This document shows positions 10,713-22,179 of a stretch of DNA of 64,000 nt, one piece after another. A program made the translations under genes and the position numbers. The notes under the pieces were generated by a model. The model did not search any database, had not been told where the DNA came from, and was given only the letters and a program-made list of their open reading frames with translations. The stretch is from an uncultured Alphaproteobacteria bacterium (lineage in GTDB: Bacteria > Pseudomonadota > Alphaproteobacteria > JAAXGF01): NCBI GenBank assembly GCA_964645285.1, contig CAZYDR010000002.1:5484-69483 (forward strand). Direction: 5' to 3'. The number at the start of each line of letters is the position of its first letter. The stretch's first letter is position 1.

Positions 10713-11407
10713 CGCAGCTCGCTCTCGACCTTGGCCATCGCGCCGCCCTCGACGCCGATGATTTCCTGATTGCCCCGTGCAATCTCGATGCGGTCATGTG
10801 GGTTGATCGCTGGCCGGCCTGGCCGGCGCCGGCCCTGGTTGTCCACGGCCCGCCCGCCTGCGGCAAGACCCATTTGGCCCATGTCTGGCAGGCGCGAAGC
10901 GGCGCCCGGACGGTCGCCGCCGACCGGCTTTCCGGCGTCGCGCCCGGCGCGTTGTTGAGCAAGGACGCCTGCGCCGTGGTTGAGGACGGCGACCACGTCA
11001 CCGACGAAGCCGCGTTGATGCATCTCTACAATGTCGCCGCTGAAGGTGGCGGACAGTTGCTGATCACCGCCGCCACGCCACCGGCGCGCTGGTCGCTGGA
11101 TCTTCCGGATTTGCGTTCCCGGCTGGTGGCCGCGCCCGCGGTTGCCATCGGCCCGCCCGACGACGGCCTCATCGCGGCGCTGTTGATCAAGCTGTATGAT
11201 GACCGCCAGCTCCGTGTTAGTGACGGCGTCGTCGAGTATCTGCTGGCTCGAATGGAGCGCTCGTTTGAAGCGGCGCGGCTTCTGGTCACGGCGCTCGACG
11301 ACGCGGCCCTCGCCGGCCGGCGAAACATCACCGTGCCTTTGGCGCGACAAGTCTTGAATGACCTCGAACAACGACATCAGGGAGAGTTGAAATGGACCTC
11401 GGAATAG
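10709..11407 (+). CDS. hdaA: DnaA-homologue regulatory inactivator (Hda/HdaA family)
   Basis: Truncated AAA+ with a Walker A-like GPPACGKTHLAHVW. ~230 aa. GTG start overlapping the upstream stop. Confidence 0.6.
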   Translation: MTQLALDLGHRAALDADDFLIAPCNLDAVMWVDRWPAWPAPALVVHGPPACGKTHLAHVWQARSGARTVAADRLSGVAPGALLSKDACAVVEDGDHVTDEAALMHLYNVAAEGGGQLLITAATPPARWSLDLPDLRSRLVAAPAVAIGPPDDGLIAALLIKLYDDRQLRVSDGVVEYLLARMERSFEAARLLVTALDDAALAGRRNITVPLARQVLNDLEQRHQGELKWTSE

Positions 11408-12171
11408 CCGGTAAGAAGGCGATCGTATGCGCCTCGAGCAAGGGATTGGGGCGTGGTTGCGCCATGGCGCTGGCCCGCGAAGGCGCGAACGTTACCATCA
11501 ACAGCCGCAACTCGGACGTCCTCGAAGCCACGGCGGCCGAAATCCGCGAGGCCCACGGAGTCGAGGTCACCACCGTAGCCATGGATGTGACTACACCGGA
11601 AGGCCGCGCCGCCCTGCTCGCCGCCTGCCCCGAGCCTGATATTCTGATCAACAATGCCGGCGGTCCGCCGCCCGGCGACTTCCGTGAATGGGATCGCGAG
11701 ACGTGGATCAGCGCTATTGACGCCAACATGCTGACCGCGATCTTCCTCATCAAGGACACCGTTGACGGCATGATCGAGCGCGGCTTCGGGCGCATCGTCA
11801 ACATCACCTCAAGCTCCGTGAAGGCGCCGATTGACGTTCTCGGCCTGTCGAACGGGGCGCGCAGCGGACTCACCGGCTTCACCGCCGGCGTCGCACGCAA
11901 AACCGTGCGCCACAATGTGACCATCAACGGACTGTTGCCGGGACCGTTCGACACCGACCGGCTGCGCTCCGGCTACCGTTACGCCTCGGACAAGTCCGGG
12001 CGGCCGTTCGACGAACTATTCTATGAGGGTGCCGCCGCCAACCCGGCTGGCCGGTTCGGTACGGCCGATGAGTTCGGCGACGCTTGCGCCTATCTGTGCA
12101 GCGCCCAGGCGAGCTACATCACCGGCCAGAACCTGCTGCTCGACGGCGGGAACTATCCGGGGTCGTTTTAG
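11392..12171 (+). CDS. SDR family oxidoreductase
   Basis: TGxxxGxG-like ASSKGLGRG, NNAG and YxxxK-like motifs. Confidence 0.7.
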   Translation: MDLGIAGKKAIVCASSKGLGRGCAMALAREGANVTINSRNSDVLEATAAEIREAHGVEVTTVAMDVTTPEGRAALLAACPEPDILINNAGGPPPGDFREWDRETWISAIDANMLTAIFLIKDTVDGMIERGFGRIVNITSSSVKAPIDVLGLSNGARSGLTGFTAGVARKTVRHNVTINGLLPGPFDTDRLRSGYRYASDKSGRPFDELFYEGAAANPAGRFGTADEFGDACAYLCSAQASYITGQNLLLDGGNYPGSF

Positions 12172-13322
12172 TGATGCTCGACGTGAATTCTATTATTCCG
12201 CAGCGATAGCGAGACCTTGCCGGCCTTGAGGGCCAGGGCATCCTCGCCGAACAACTCGCGGCGCCAGCCGTGAAGAGCCTTCACATCGGCACTGTCGCTG
12301 CTGGCGATCTGTTCGAGATCGGCGGTATTGGCGACGAGGCGCTGGGCGACGTCATTCTCATCGCATTTGATCTTCAACAGCACCTTGAGGAGCTCGACCA
12401 CCGGCCCGATGCCGCGGGACGGCGGTCTTGACTTGGTGACTTTGGGCCAGTCGGCCTCGGGCACCGCCGCGCCCTTTTTGATGGCGGCCATAATACCTTC
12501 GCCCATGACACCCGCGGCCAATTTGTGGCTGACACCGCGGGTACGGGAAAGATCATCGACCGTGGTCGGTTTGCGCGCCGAGATTTCGAGCAGGGACTCA
12601 TCGCGCACCATCCGGTTGCGCGGCAGGTCGCGGGTCTGGGCCTCGCGCTCGCGCCAGGCGGCGACCTCGCGCAACACGGCGAGAAAGCGGCCATCGGTCG
12701 AGCGTGACTTGAGACGGCGCCAGGCGTTGTCCGGGTGCTGCTCGTAGATGGCCGGGTCGTTGAGCACCGCCATTTCCTCGGCCACCCAGGCGGTACGGCC
12801 GGTCTTTTCAAGCTGGCCGACAAGGCGCTCGTAGATCACCCGAAGGTGGGTCACATCGTCGATGGCGTATTCAAGCTGGCGCTCGGTCAAGGGTCGGTGC
12901 GACCAATCGGTGAAGCGCGAAGACTTATCGATCCGCGCCTTGGCGAGTTTCGACGCCAACGCCTCATAGGACACCGAATCGCCAAAGCCGCAGACCATGG
13001 CGGCGACCTGGCTGTCGAACAACGGTGTCGGAATACGGCCATCCAGGTGATGAAAAATCTCGATGTCCTGGCGCGCCGCGTGGAACACCTTGACCACGCT
13101 CTCATTCGCCATCAGGTCGAACAGTGGGCTCAGATCCATTCCCGGCGCCAGGGTGTCGATGGCGACCGCATCGTCGGGGCCGGCAATCTGGGCCAGGCAC
13201 AAAATGGGCCAAAAGGTGCTCTCGCGCATGAATTCCGTATCGACGGTGACATAGTCGGCCGTCGCCAGACGCTGGCACAGATCGGCGAGTTCTTCGATGG
13301 TGGTAATCAAAATGGATGTCAT
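12168..13322 (-). CDS. rnd: Ribonuclease D (DEDDy 3'-5' exonuclease plus HRDC)
   Basis: VDTEF...YAIDDV exonuclease motifs and a C-terminal HRDC. Start at the internal Met MTSILITT. Confidence 0.8.
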   Translation of the reverse strand: MTSILITTIEELADLCQRLATADYVTVDTEFMRESTFWPILCLAQIAGPDDAVAIDTLAPGMDLSPLFDLMANESVVKVFHAARQDIEIFHHLDGRIPTPLFDSQVAAMVCGFGDSVSYEALASKLAKARIDKSSRFTDWSHRPLTERQLEYAIDDVTHLRVIYERLVGQLEKTGRTAWVAEEMAVLNDPAIYEQHPDNAWRRLKSRSTDGRFLAVLREVAAWREREAQTRDLPRNRMVRDESLLEISARKPTTVDDLSRTRGVSHKLAAGVMGEGIMAAIKKGAAVPEADWPKVTKSRPPSRGIGPVVELLKVLLKIKCDENDVAQRLVANTADLEQIASSDSADVKALHGWRRELFGEDALALKAGKVSLSLRNNRIHVEHH

Positions 13323-13464
13323 GGAGTATCTATAGTCCGGCACGAAGTTAATGCCAAATTTTGGCGGCTGTTCTTGACAACGGGCACCGTTCCATGCGCT
13401 TTTCCGCATCCACCAGCGGGGCGCTTTGGCGCGACCAGCGGCGATTACCGAACAGGACACTGGC

Positions 13465-15252
13465 ATGCATCCGTACCGGACCCACACTTGCGACGATTTG
13501 AGACCCGAACATGTGGGTGAGGAGGTCCGGCTTTCCGGCTGGGCTCACCGTAAACGAGATCATGGAAATCTATTGTTTTTGGATCTTCGTGATCACTACG
13601 GAATCACCCAGTGCGTCGTCGATACCGAGTCCGTCCACTTCGCGGCGGTCGAGGCATTGCGTCCGGAAAGTGTTGTTACGATCACCGGTAAGGTGGTCAA
13701 GCGAAGCGACGATACGATCAATGCCAATCTCGCCACCGGCGAGGTCGAGCTGCCGATCGATGATTTCCATGTCCAGTCCATGGCCGACATGCTGCCGTTG
13801 CAGGTTCACGGTGATCAGGAGTATCCCGAGGAGACCCGCCTGCGGTACCGCTTCCTCGATTTGCGCCGGGAAAAGATGCACCGCAACATCATGTTGCGCT
13901 CGGCGATCATCGCCAGTATTCGCAGGCGCATGATCGAGCAGGGTTTCACCGAGTTCCAGACGCCGATTCTGACCGCCAGTTCGCCGGAAGGCGCGCGCGA
14001 TTTTCTGGTGCCGAGCCGGCTGCATCCGGGCGAATTCTATGCACTTCCCCAGGCGCCTCAGCAGTTCAAACAGCTGATCATGATGTCGGGTTTCGACCGC
14101 TATTTTCAGATCGCCCCGTGCTTCCGCGACGAAGACGCCCGCGCCGACCGATCGCCGGGCGAGTTCTACCAACTCGATGTAGAGATGTCCTTCGTCGAGC
14201 AGGAGGACGTCTTCGCCGCCCTCGAGCCCCTGTTCGTCGGTCTGTTCGAGGAATTCAGCGACCGCAAGGTAACCGGGCCCACCTTCCCGCGTATCACTTA
14301 CGCCGACGCCATGCTCAAATACGGTAGCGATAAGCCCGATCTGCGCAATCCGCTGATTGTTTCAGATGCCACGGAAACGTTTCGTGACAGTGGCTTCGGG
14401 ATTTTCTCGCGAGCAATTGAAGGCGGCGCCGTGGTTCGCGCGATTCCGGGTTCAGGCGCGGCGGCAAAGCCACGTAGTTTCTTCGACAAACTCAACGATT
14501 GGGCTCGTGAAGAAGGCGCTGGCGGACTTGCCTACATAATTTTCGCCGACGGCGCGGCCAAGGGCCCCATTGCCAAACTGCTCGACGACGACAGGCTGGC
14601 GTCAATTCGGGAAACCACTGGTGTCAGCGACGGCGATGCGGTGTTTTTCGCCTGTGACCGCCCGGCGGCGGCCGCCAAGTTCGCCGGCGTGGTGCGTACC
14701 AAAATTGGCGAGGACCTCGACCTAATCGAGCCCGACGCCTTCCAGTTCTGTTGGATCGTCGATTACCCAATGTTCGAACGTAACGAGCAGAGCGGCGAAA
14801 TCGAATTCAGTCATAACCCGTTCTCCATGCCTCAGGGCGGCATCGAAGCGTTGGAGACCATGGACCCGCTCGACGTTCTGGCGTTTCAGTATGACATCGT
14901 CTGCAACGGTATTGAGTTGTCCAGCGGCGCTATTCGGAACCACTTGCCGGCAGTCATGTACAAGGCTTTCGAAATCGCCGGCTATTCGGCTGAGACCGTG
15001 GAGACCGAGTTTCCCGGACTGCTTCAGGCGTTCCAGTATGGCGCGCCGCCTCATGGCGGCATCGCACCGGGTATTGACCGCATCGTCATGCAGTTGGCGG
15101 ACGAGCCCAACATTCGTGAAGTCATCCTGTTTCCCATGAACCAGCAGGCCCAGGACCTGATGATGGGGGCGCCGGCAACCGTGGATGATCCGGCCCTCAA
15201 GGATGTCCATATTCGCGTCCAGCTGCCGCTCAAGCCCAAGGGAGAGGGCTAA
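13465..15252 (+). CDS. aspS: Aspartate--tRNA ligase
   Basis: Class II aaRS motifs ([22 protein letters not shown]) and an N-terminal OB fold. Start at [13 protein letters not shown]. Confidence 0.9.
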   Translation: MHPYRTHTCDDLRPEHVGEEVRLSGWAHRKRDHGNLLFLDLRDHYGITQCVVDTESVHFAAVEALRPESVVTITGKVVKRSDDTINANLATGEVELPIDDFHVQSMADMLPLQVHGDQEYPEETRLRYRFLDLRREKMHRNIMLRSAIIASIRRRMIEQGFTEFQTPILTASSPEGARDFLVPSRLHPGEFYALPQAPQQFKQLIMMSGFDRYFQIAPCFRDEDARADRSPGEFYQLDVEMSFVEQEDVFAALEPLFVGLFEEFSDRKVTGPTFPRITYADAMLKYGSDKPDLRNPLIVSDATETFRDSGFGIFSRAIEGGAVVRAIPGSGAAAKPRSFFDKLNDWAREEGAGGLAYIIFADGAAKGPIAKLLDDDRLASIRETTGVSDGDAVFFACDRPAAAAKFAGVVRTKIGEDLDLIEPDAFQFCWIVDYPMFERNEQSGEIEFSHNPFSMPQGGIEALETMDPLDVLAFQYDIVCNGIELSSGAIRNHLPAVMYKAFEIAGYSAETVETEFPGLLQAFQYGAPPHGGIAPGIDRIVMQLADEPNIREVILFPMNQQAQDLMMGAPATVDDPALKDVHIRVQLPLKPKGEG

Positions 15253-15315
15253 CTTTTCCGCTACGCAGTCCTGATTCGGACAGAAGGTGAGGGGTGACTG
15301 GGCTATAAAGAGCCC

Positions 15316-16185
15316 ATGAGCGGAACCCACACACTCGAACTGCCCTTTCGGCCACCCTACCCTTGGCCATGGATGCTGTCCTTCCTCGGCGCCCGCGCCA
15401 TTCCGGGGGTCGAGGCGGTGGTCGGGGATTGCTACCGGCGCAGCATCACCACCGGTAAGGGCCCCGCCATACTTGAAGCGCGTCTGGCGCAGCATGGCCA
15501 TGCCCTTCTGCTGTCCAGTGATCAATCGCTTGACGATTTATCGAATAGCCTACGCCGCCAATTCGATCTCCATGCGGATCCGGCGGTTATCGATGGCCAG
15601 CTCAGCGCCGACCCCATGCTGGCGCCCATGGTTGCCGCCCTGCCGGGGTTGCGAGTGCCCAAGGCGTGGGACATTTTCGAGCTGGCCATTCGCGCCATCG
15701 TCGGCCAACAGGTCAGCGTCGCCGGCGCGACCACGGTGACCGGACGTATTGCCACCCGGTTCGGCACGCCGCTGCCAGGCGCCGATGACACCCTGAGCCG
15801 GATCTTTCCAACACCGGCGCAGCTTGCCGAAGCGGACGTGGCGTCCACCGGCATGCCGGGCAAGCGAGCCCAGACCATCAATCGTTTCGCCGCCGCTGTC
15901 GCCAGTGGCGATGTGGTGCTGGGTGACATCGACGATCTGGACTCCTTCGTCGAGGGGCTGTGTGCGCTGCCGGGAATTGGCCCCTGGACCGCCAACTATA
16001 TCGCTATGCGAGGTCTCGGGCTGGCCGATACGTTTCCCACGGGCGACCTTGGTCTGGTGCGCGCCTTCGAGGCTCGGGGCGAGTCTTTGAGCCATAAGCA
16101 ACTGACCGCCCGGGCTGAAGCATGGCGTCCGTGGCGGGCCTATGCCACCATGCATCTTTGGGCATCTGCCGGCGCGGGAGGGTAG
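15316..16185 (+). CDS. alkA: DNA-3-methyladenine glycosylase II (HhH-GPD, AlkA-like)
   Basis: AlkA N-domain plus HhH-GPD (LPGIGPWTANYIAMRGLG...D). Confidence 0.7.
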   Translation: MSGTHTLELPFRPPYPWPWMLSFLGARAIPGVEAVVGDCYRRSITTGKGPAILEARLAQHGHALLLSSDQSLDDLSNSLRRQFDLHADPAVIDGQLSADPMLAPMVAALPGLRVPKAWDIFELAIRAIVGQQVSVAGATTVTGRIATRFGTPLPGADDTLSRIFPTPAQLAEADVASTGMPGKRAQTINRFAAAVASGDVVLGDIDDLDSFVEGLCALPGIGPWTANYIAMRGLGLADTFPTGDLGLVRAFEARGESLSHKQLTARAEAWRPWRAYATMHLWASAGAGG

Positions 16186-16190
16186 CCGCC

Positions 16191-16721
16191 ATGACGATCA
16201 CACTGCATTACGAGAGCATTCCGTCGCCGATTGGCGATGTGCTGATGATGGTCAACGGTGAAGCGCTCTGCGTGCTCGACTTCGGCGACTACGAAGATCG
16301 CATGCGCAAGCTGTTGGGGCGACGCTTCGACGATGTCGACATCGTCGAGCGGCCGGTCCCCGAGGGGGTTCGCCGTCGGATCGAAGCTTATTTCGAAGGC
16401 GATATTACGGGCGTTGACGACATTCTTACGGACACCCGCGGAACAGCCTTCCAGGAACACGTCTGGAAAGCGCTGCGTGATATCCCGGCGGGGGAGACGA
16501 CGTCGTACGGCGCCATGGCCAAAGACCTGGGCGGCCTCGGCGCGTCGCGCGCGGTGGGTCTGGCCAATGGCAGCAATCCGGTCAGCATTGTCATTCCCTG
16601 TCACCGGGTCATCGGTTCTGATGGTTCTCTCACGGGCTATGGCGGCGGTCTTCATCGCAAAGAGTGGCTGCTCAAGCATGAGGGCGCCATGCCGGCGACC
16701 CAGGGAGAATTGAGTGTCTAG
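16191..16721 (+). CDS. ogt: Methylated-DNA--protein-cysteine methyltransferase
   Basis: PCHRVIGSDGSLTGYGGG active-site motif. Start overlaps the alkA stop. Confidence 0.8.
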   Translation: MTITLHYESIPSPIGDVLMMVNGEALCVLDFGDYEDRMRKLLGRRFDDVDIVERPVPEGVRRRIEAYFEGDITGVDDILTDTRGTAFQEHVWKALRDIPAGETTSYGAMAKDLGGLGASRAVGLANGSNPVSIVIPCHRVIGSDGSLTGYGGGLHRKEWLLKHEGAMPATQGELSV

Positions 16722-17440
16722 CCTTTGATCTGAGCCTCAAGGCGATGGGCGCGAATCAGGTCGGCCATGCTTTGCTTTTCCATATCGGGCCAGACGGCGG
16801 TCGGCGGTGTTGCACCGGTGCCGAACTTGTCGTGGCGGCGATTGATCCAGCAGGTCTTAAGGTCCGCGTTACGGGCCGGTGCGATATCGTGATAGAGGCT
16901 CTGGGCCGTATGCAGCACGTCGTCCGGCTTGATACCCATGCCCGATAGCCGGGCAATCAGAGCCGTGAAGTTATCCGGGTTGGGTTTGTAGCTGCCGACA
17001 TCCTCGGCGGTAACGATGGCGTCGAATTCCACAGCCAGACGCTGGTTCGAGTGGGCGAACGAGGCGTTGTCCACATTCGACAGAACCACCAGCTTGTAGT
17101 GGTCCTTGAGATAGGCAAGGGCCTCTACGCTGTCGGCAAAGGCCGGCCAGTCCTTGACCGAGTTGCCCAGGGCGTCGGCTTCGTCGGCCCAGGCGTCGTG
17201 ACCGAACTCGGCACCGATGGCGAGCATGGTCTGGCGCAGTACGTCGGGATAGAGCATGGCCGGCGTAGCCTGCTGGACGCGGGTCTCATGGCGACCGAAC
17301 GATTCCAGCAGCGTATCGTCGTCGGCGTTGATCTCGTGTTTCGCCGCCCACGGCCGCAGCACCGCGAGAATGCCCGACTCCCAATCGATAAGGGTACCGT
17401 AACAATCGAAGGTCAACGTCGAGAAATCGGTCATATCCAT
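16718..17440 (-). CDS. HAD-superfamily hydrolase (haloacid dehalogenase type II-like)
   Basis: DxYGTLxD motif (FDCYGTLIDW) and SNVD downstream motifs. Start at MDMTDF. Confidence 0.65.
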   Translation of the reverse strand: MDMTDFSTLTFDCYGTLIDWESGILAVLRPWAAKHEINADDDTLLESFGRHETRVQQATPAMLYPDVLRQTMLAIGAEFGHDAWADEADALGNSVKDWPAFADSVEALAYLKDHYKLVVLSNVDNASFAHSNQRLAVEFDAIVTAEDVGSYKPNPDNFTALIARLSGMGIKPDDVLHTAQSLYHDIAPARNADLKTCWINRRHDKFGTGATPPTAVWPDMEKQSMADLIRAHRLEAQIKG

Positions 17441-17457
17441 GACCGGCGTTATATCAG

Positions 17458-17496
17458 TAAAATGGGCGTAAAAAAATGGGGCGCTCCGGGCGCACG
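17458..17496 (-). terminator. Probable intrinsic terminator downstream of nrdJ
   Basis: Minus-strand GGGGCG-loop-CGCCCC hairpin followed by a T7 run (A7 on the + strand at 17461-17467). Confidence 0.4.
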
Positions 17497-17606
17497 CCCC
17501 GTAAGTTAGGGAGGACACACCATCTAGACCGCGACGTAACCGTCCAAGGTTTACGCCGCGGGTGTCGCAACGAGACGGACGGCCCTGAGACCCGCCATAG
17601 AGAGCG

Positions 17607-20600
17607 CTATGAGCAACCGCTCGTAGCGCCGCAACTATCGCACTTCAGGCACGTTCCGTTGCGAACCAGCGTGAAGGAGCCGCAGTCGTTGCAGGCGTCT
17701 CCTTCGTAACCCTTCATCCGCGCTTCGCGGACCTCATCGACCTTCGGTCGGGTCGTTGTCTCTGTTGTCTCCATGACCATGGTCTCGCCTTCGGCGGGCA
17801 CGGCCACATCAACCGCCATATTCAGCGCCACGGCCGTTGCCGCGCCGCCGCCTTGAACCACGCGCAGGCCCGAGCGTACGTAACCATTGCTGGTCACCCG
17901 CATCATCGCCTTCTCAAGTTCCGCCACCTCGTTGGAAATGGACTCTTCGGTATTACCCATGGTCGCCGGGGTCGAGGCGCCACCGACGCTGTCGGGAAGC
18001 AGATCGTCCGGTTCCACATGGGCCAAGTCGCTGCGGCCGAGATAAGAGACGGCCAATTCGCGGAAGATATAATCGAGAATCGAGGTCGACATCTTGATGG
18101 CCTCGTTGCCTTCGACCATGCCCGAAGGCTCGAACCGGGTGAAGGTGAAGGCATCGACAAATTCTTCTAGGGGCACGCCGTGCTGCAGGCCCATGGAGAT
18201 GGCGATGGCGAAGCTGTCCATCATGGCCCGGAAGGCCGAGCCTTCCTTGTGCATGTCGAGGAAGATTTCACCAATGCTGCCGTCGTCGAATTCGCCGGTC
18301 CGGAGATAGACCTTGTGGCCGCCGACAACGGCTTTCTGGGTGTAGCCGCGACGCCGCGCGGGCAGGCGGCGGCGGGCATGCATTTGCTGTTCGATGACCC
18401 GAACCACGCGCTCGGTCGTCGGCGTGGCCCCGGCCTCGTCGAGCATGTCGTCGTCATCGTCGTCCAGGGTCAGCGCGCTCAGGGGCTGGGACAGTTTCGA
18501 GCCGTCGCGATAAAGCGCGATGGCCTTGAGGCCCAGTTGCCACGCCAGATGATAGGCGTCCTTGCAGTCTTCCACCGTAGCAATGCCCGGCATGTTGATG
18601 GTCTTGGAAATAGCGCCTGAGATGAAGGGCTGGGATGCCGCCATCATATGGATGTGGCTTTCTGGCGACAGGAAGCGCTTGCCGATGCGGCCGCAGGGGT
18701 TAGCGCAATCGAACACCGGCAGATGTGCCTCGGCGATATGAGGCGCGCCTTCCAGAGTCATGGCGCCGCAGCAAAAGACATTGGCGTCGTTGATGTCGCT
18801 TTTGCTGAAGCCCATCTCGGTCAGCATGTCAAAGCTTGGGTCGTCGAGTTGGGCGTTGGTGAACTCCAGCACCTTGGTGCAGAACTCTTCGCTCAGGGTC
18901 CATTTGTTAAAGGCGAACTTGATATCGAAGGCGCTGACCAGGGTCGCCTCGAGCGCATCAATCGTGGCGGCGGTGAAGCCGCGCTCGCGCAGGCTGTCAT
19001 GATTGACGCCGGGGCCCCCGGCCAGAGTACCGTGGCCGACCGCGTAGCGCTCCATTTCCTCGACCTGCCCGGTGTCGTAGCCCAGGGTGGCGAGGGCCTT
19101 CGGCACGGTGCGGTTGATGATCTTGAAGTAGCCGCCGCCGGCCAGCTTCTTGAACTTGACCAGGGCGAAGTCGGGCTCGATGCCCGTGGTGTCGCAGTCC
19201 ATGACCAGGCCGATGGTGCCGGTGGGGGCGACCACGGTGGCCTGGGCGTTGCGGTAGCCGTGAGCCTCGCCCAGCGCCAGGGCGTCGTCCCAGGCCTTGC
19301 AGGCGGCGCCGACGATGTTCTTTTCCGGGCAATTGGCGGTGTCCAGCGGCACCGGCGGCACCGACAATCCTTCGTAGCCCTCGCTCTTGCCATAGGCGGC
19401 GAGGCGATGGTTGCGTATGACCGCCAACATGGAGTCGCGGTTGGCCTCGAACTCGGGAAAGGCGCCGAGCTCCCCGGCCATCTCCGCCGATGTCGCATAG
19501 GACACGCCGGTCATCAGGGCGCTGATGGCGCCGCAGATGGCACGGCCTTCGTCGCTGTCGTAGCCATGGCCCGAGGCCATGAGCAGGCCGCCGATGTTGG
19601 CGAAGCCGAGGCCCAGGGTGCGGAAATCGTAGCTCCGCCGGGCGATCTCCGACGACGGGAACTGGGCCATGACCACGGCGATCTCGAGGGCAATGGTCCA
19701 CAGGCGCACCGCGTGGCTGAAGGTCTCGTGGTCGAAGGAACCGTCGTCATGAACAAACGTCTGGAGATTGAGCGACGCCAGATTGCATGCAGTGTCGTCA
19801 AGGAACATATACTCCGAGCACGGGTTGGAGGCGTTGATGCGGCCTGATTCCTTGCAGGTGTGCCAGTCATTGATGGTGCTGTCGTACTGGATGCCGGGAT
19901 CGGCCGAGGCCCAGGCGGCGTAGGCGATCTGTTCCCACAGCTCACGGGCCGGCACGGTCTTGTGGACCTTACCGTCGGTGCGCCGGATCAAGTTCCAGTC
20001 GCCATCCTCCAGGGTGCTGCGCATGAACGCCTCGGTGACCCGCACCGAGTTGTTGGAGTTCTGGCCCGAGACGGTGATGTAAGCCTCCGAGTCCCAATCC
20101 GTGTTGTAGGTCGGGAAGTCGATGGCGGTATAGCCTTGCCGGGCAAACTGCGTGACCCGTTGAATATAGTTCTCGGGAACCAGCGCATTGCTGGCCTCGC
20201 GCATGGCGCTTCGGAGCTCGGGGTTGCTGGCCGGCGAGAACCGGTCCTCGTTCTCTTCGTCGCCTTGGCACGCCTTCATAATGGCGTTGAGATGCTTGGC
20301 GCAGAGTTGGGAGCCGGCAACCATGGCTGCCACCTTCTGCTCTTCGATGACCTTCCAGTTGATGAAATCCTCGATGTCCGGATGATCCACATCGACGATC
20401 ACCATCTTGGCAGCGCGGCGCGTGGTGCCGCCGGATTTGATGGAACCGGCGGCCCGGTCGCCAACCTTGAGGAAGCTCATAAGGCCGGATGAGCGACCGC
20501 CGCCCGAGAGGTCTTCGCCGCCGCCGCGCAGCGCCGAGAAATTGGTGCCCGTGCCTGAGCCGTACTTGAACAGCCGCGCTTCGCGGACCCACAGGTCCAT

Positions 20601-21242
20601 GATGCCGTTTTCGTTGACCAGGTCGTCGTTGACGCTCTGAATGAAGCAGGCGTGGGGTTGGGGGTGCTCGTAAGACGACTTGGACGCGGTCAGTTCGCCG
20701 GTCTGGAAGTCCATGTAGTGGTGACCCTGGGCCGGCCCGTCGATGCCGTAGGCCCAGTGGAGCCCGGTGTTGAACCACTGCGGTGAGTTGGGCGCCGCCA
20801 TCTGGGTGCACAGCATGTAGCGCATTTCGTCGTAATAGGCCTGGGCGTCGTCTTCGGCGTCAAAATAACCGGCCTTCCAGCCCCAATAGGTCCAGGTACC
20901 GGCGAGGCGGTCGAACACGTCGGTGGCGGAATCCTCGGCGCCGTAGCGGAAATCCTCGTCGAGTTCGGCCAGGGCGTCCACGTCGGGCTCGCTGCGCCAT
21001 AGCCAACGCGGCACATTGCTCTCCTCGACGGCGCGCAGGCGCTTGGCCACGCCGGTCTTGCGGAAATACTTCAGGGCGATGATGTCGCTGGCAATCTGGG
21101 ACCACTTGGCCGGGACTTTTACGTCTTCAAGGCGGAACACCGTTGAGCCATCCGAATTACGAATCTCACTGGTGATGGAACGGAACTCAATGCCGCTATA
21201 AGGTGACTTCCCGTCAGCCGTAAACCGCCGCTCGACACGCAT
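17607..21242 (-). CDS. nrdJ: Class II (adenosylcobalamin-dependent) ribonucleotide reductase, long form with C-terminal Zn-ribbon
   Basis: 1211 aa. RNR barrel motifs and a C-terminal CNDCGSF...CLKCDSCG. Confidence 0.9.
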   Translation of the reverse strand: MRVERRFTADGKSPYSGIEFRSITSEIRNSDGSTVFRLEDVKVPAKWSQIASDIIALKYFRKTGVAKRLRAVEESNVPRWLWRSEPDVDALAELDEDFRYGAEDSATDVFDRLAGTWTYWGWKAGYFDAEDDAQAYYDEMRYMLCTQMAAPNSPQWFNTGLHWAYGIDGPAQGHHYMDFQTGELTASKSSYEHPQPHACFIQSVNDDLVNENGIMDLWVREARLFKYGSGTGTNFSALRGGGEDLSGGGRSSGLMSFLKVGDRAAGSIKSGGTTRRAAKMVIVDVDHPDIEDFINWKVIEEQKVAAMVAGSQLCAKHLNAIMKACQGDEENEDRFSPASNPELRSAMREASNALVPENYIQRVTQFARQGYTAIDFPTYNTDWDSEAYITVSGQNSNNSVRVTEAFMRSTLEDGDWNLIRRTDGKVHKTVPARELWEQIAYAAWASADPGIQYDSTINDWHTCKESGRINASNPCSEYMFLDDTACNLASLNLQTFVHDDGSFDHETFSHAVRLWTIALEIAVVMAQFPSSEIARRSYDFRTLGLGFANIGGLLMASGHGYDSDEGRAICGAISALMTGVSYATSAEMAGELGAFPEFEANRDSMLAVIRNHRLAAYGKSEGYEGLSVPPVPLDTANCPEKNIVGAACKAWDDALALGEAHGYRNAQATVVAPTGTIGLVMDCDTTGIEPDFALVKFKKLAGGGYFKIINRTVPKALATLGYDTGQVEEMERYAVGHGTLAGGPGVNHDSLRERGFTAATIDALEATLVSAFDIKFAFNKWTLSEEFCTKVLEFTNAQLDDPSFDMLTEMGFSKSDINDANVFCCGAMTLEGAPHIAEAHLPVFDCANPCGRIGKRFLSPESHIHMMAASQPFISGAISKTINMPGIATVEDCKDAYHLAWQLGLKAIALYRDGSKLSQPLSALTLDDDDDDMLDEAGATPTTERVVRVIEQQMHARRRLPARRRGYTQKAVVGGHKVYLRTGEFDDGSIGEIFLDMHKEGSAFRAMMDSFAIAISMGLQHGVPLEEFVDAFTFTRFEPSGMVEGNEAIKMSTSILDYIFRELAVSYLGRSDLAHVEPDDLLPDSVGGASTPATMGNTEESISNEVAELEKAMMRVTSNGYVRSGLRVVQGGGAATAVALNMAVDVAVPAEGETMVMETTETTTRPKVDEVREARMKGYEGDACNDCGSFTLVRNGTCLKCDSCGATSGCS

Positions 21243-21500
21243 ACCAAAAACCCCCTGAAAACTACTGCCCCTGCCTACCCGCGCGACCGGCCCCCGGAAT
21301 GGTATATTTTGGCCGATCCGCGTTATCTTGTAGCAAAAAATAAGGAAAACACAAGATGTAGGCTAACGCAACATATTTTGTGCAAAAATTTTTTGCGAAC
21401 CACTATATATGATTATACCATATCTAGGGGCTGTGGATAAAAGAACCGCAATATACTGAGTGTCAGTTGGCCGGAGTTTTCCGCGCGCGGACGGCTTTGA
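21243..21500 (-). promoter_or_regulatory. AT-rich nrdJ upstream region with a perfect -10 hexamer and a possible NrdR half-site
   Basis: Minus strand reads ...TTATCC-N17-TATAAT-CATATATAGTGG.... ATATAGTG resembles one NrdR-box half. ~40% GC in a 65% GC genome. Confidence 0.3.
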
Positions 21501-21538
21501 CCGGTCTCTCTGAAGTTCAACAGAGCCGGCCAGCAGGC

Positions 21539-21760
21539 TTATGACTTGTCGTCCGGATGGCGGATTTTCGGTTGTGGCGGATGGTGAGGATTTGTTGGCA
21601 TGACGACCGTCCGCCCGGTTTTCTTCTGCTCCTCGCGGACCCGCTCCACGTCGTCAGAGGAAATGCCGCAGGCCCAGCAGACCCAGACCAGCATATTGGC
21701 CATGCGGGATTCGAGCGCGAGCATAAAATCTTCAATGGCCAGGATGATCTTTCGTCCCAT
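21539..21760 (-). CDS. Small hypothetical protein (73 aa)
   Basis: The ORF has GC3-rich codons in its first two thirds. No recognisable domain. Confidence 0.2.
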   Translation of the reverse strand: MGRKIILAIEDFMLALESRMANMLVWVCWACGISSDDVERVREEQKKTGRTVVMPTNPHHPPQPKIRHPDDKS

Positions 21761-22179
21761 GAGCCGCGCCCCTCACACGCCCGCGAACAAATCGTGGCAC
21801 GCCGGTGAAGCGCGGCCGATGCGGCGAAGAAACCGCCCTGAAGATGTCATGTGAGCACCCGGAATTCCGTGACGACAAGGTTGCCGGAACTATACCACGG
21901 GTCGGAACAACTGGCGACCGCGTGGCGCGCCCATAGGCGAAACCGGCTGAAGACGGGGGCCGCTGACCCTTCGCGTCCCTTCTAAAACGGCGAGAGCCAG
22001 TCATCTTCTCACGGCCCGTCGAACGCGGCAGAAGGCCGGGTAACCCCCGTCTCCGCTAGGGAGCATACGGCAACACCGGTTTAATCCCGGTTAACGGACA
22101 GTGTGGACGGCGGATTTGGCGAGCGCACTGCGACTGTTCCAAGTTCAAGGCCGTTAGCCTGCCGGCCGGCTGGACCGTG

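Noticed and set aside
21243-21500. Cobalamin riboswitch upstream of B12-dependent nrdJ
   Set aside because: No B12-box-like conserved core recognisable. B12 riboswitches normally control B12-independent isozymes or uptake rather than nrdJ.
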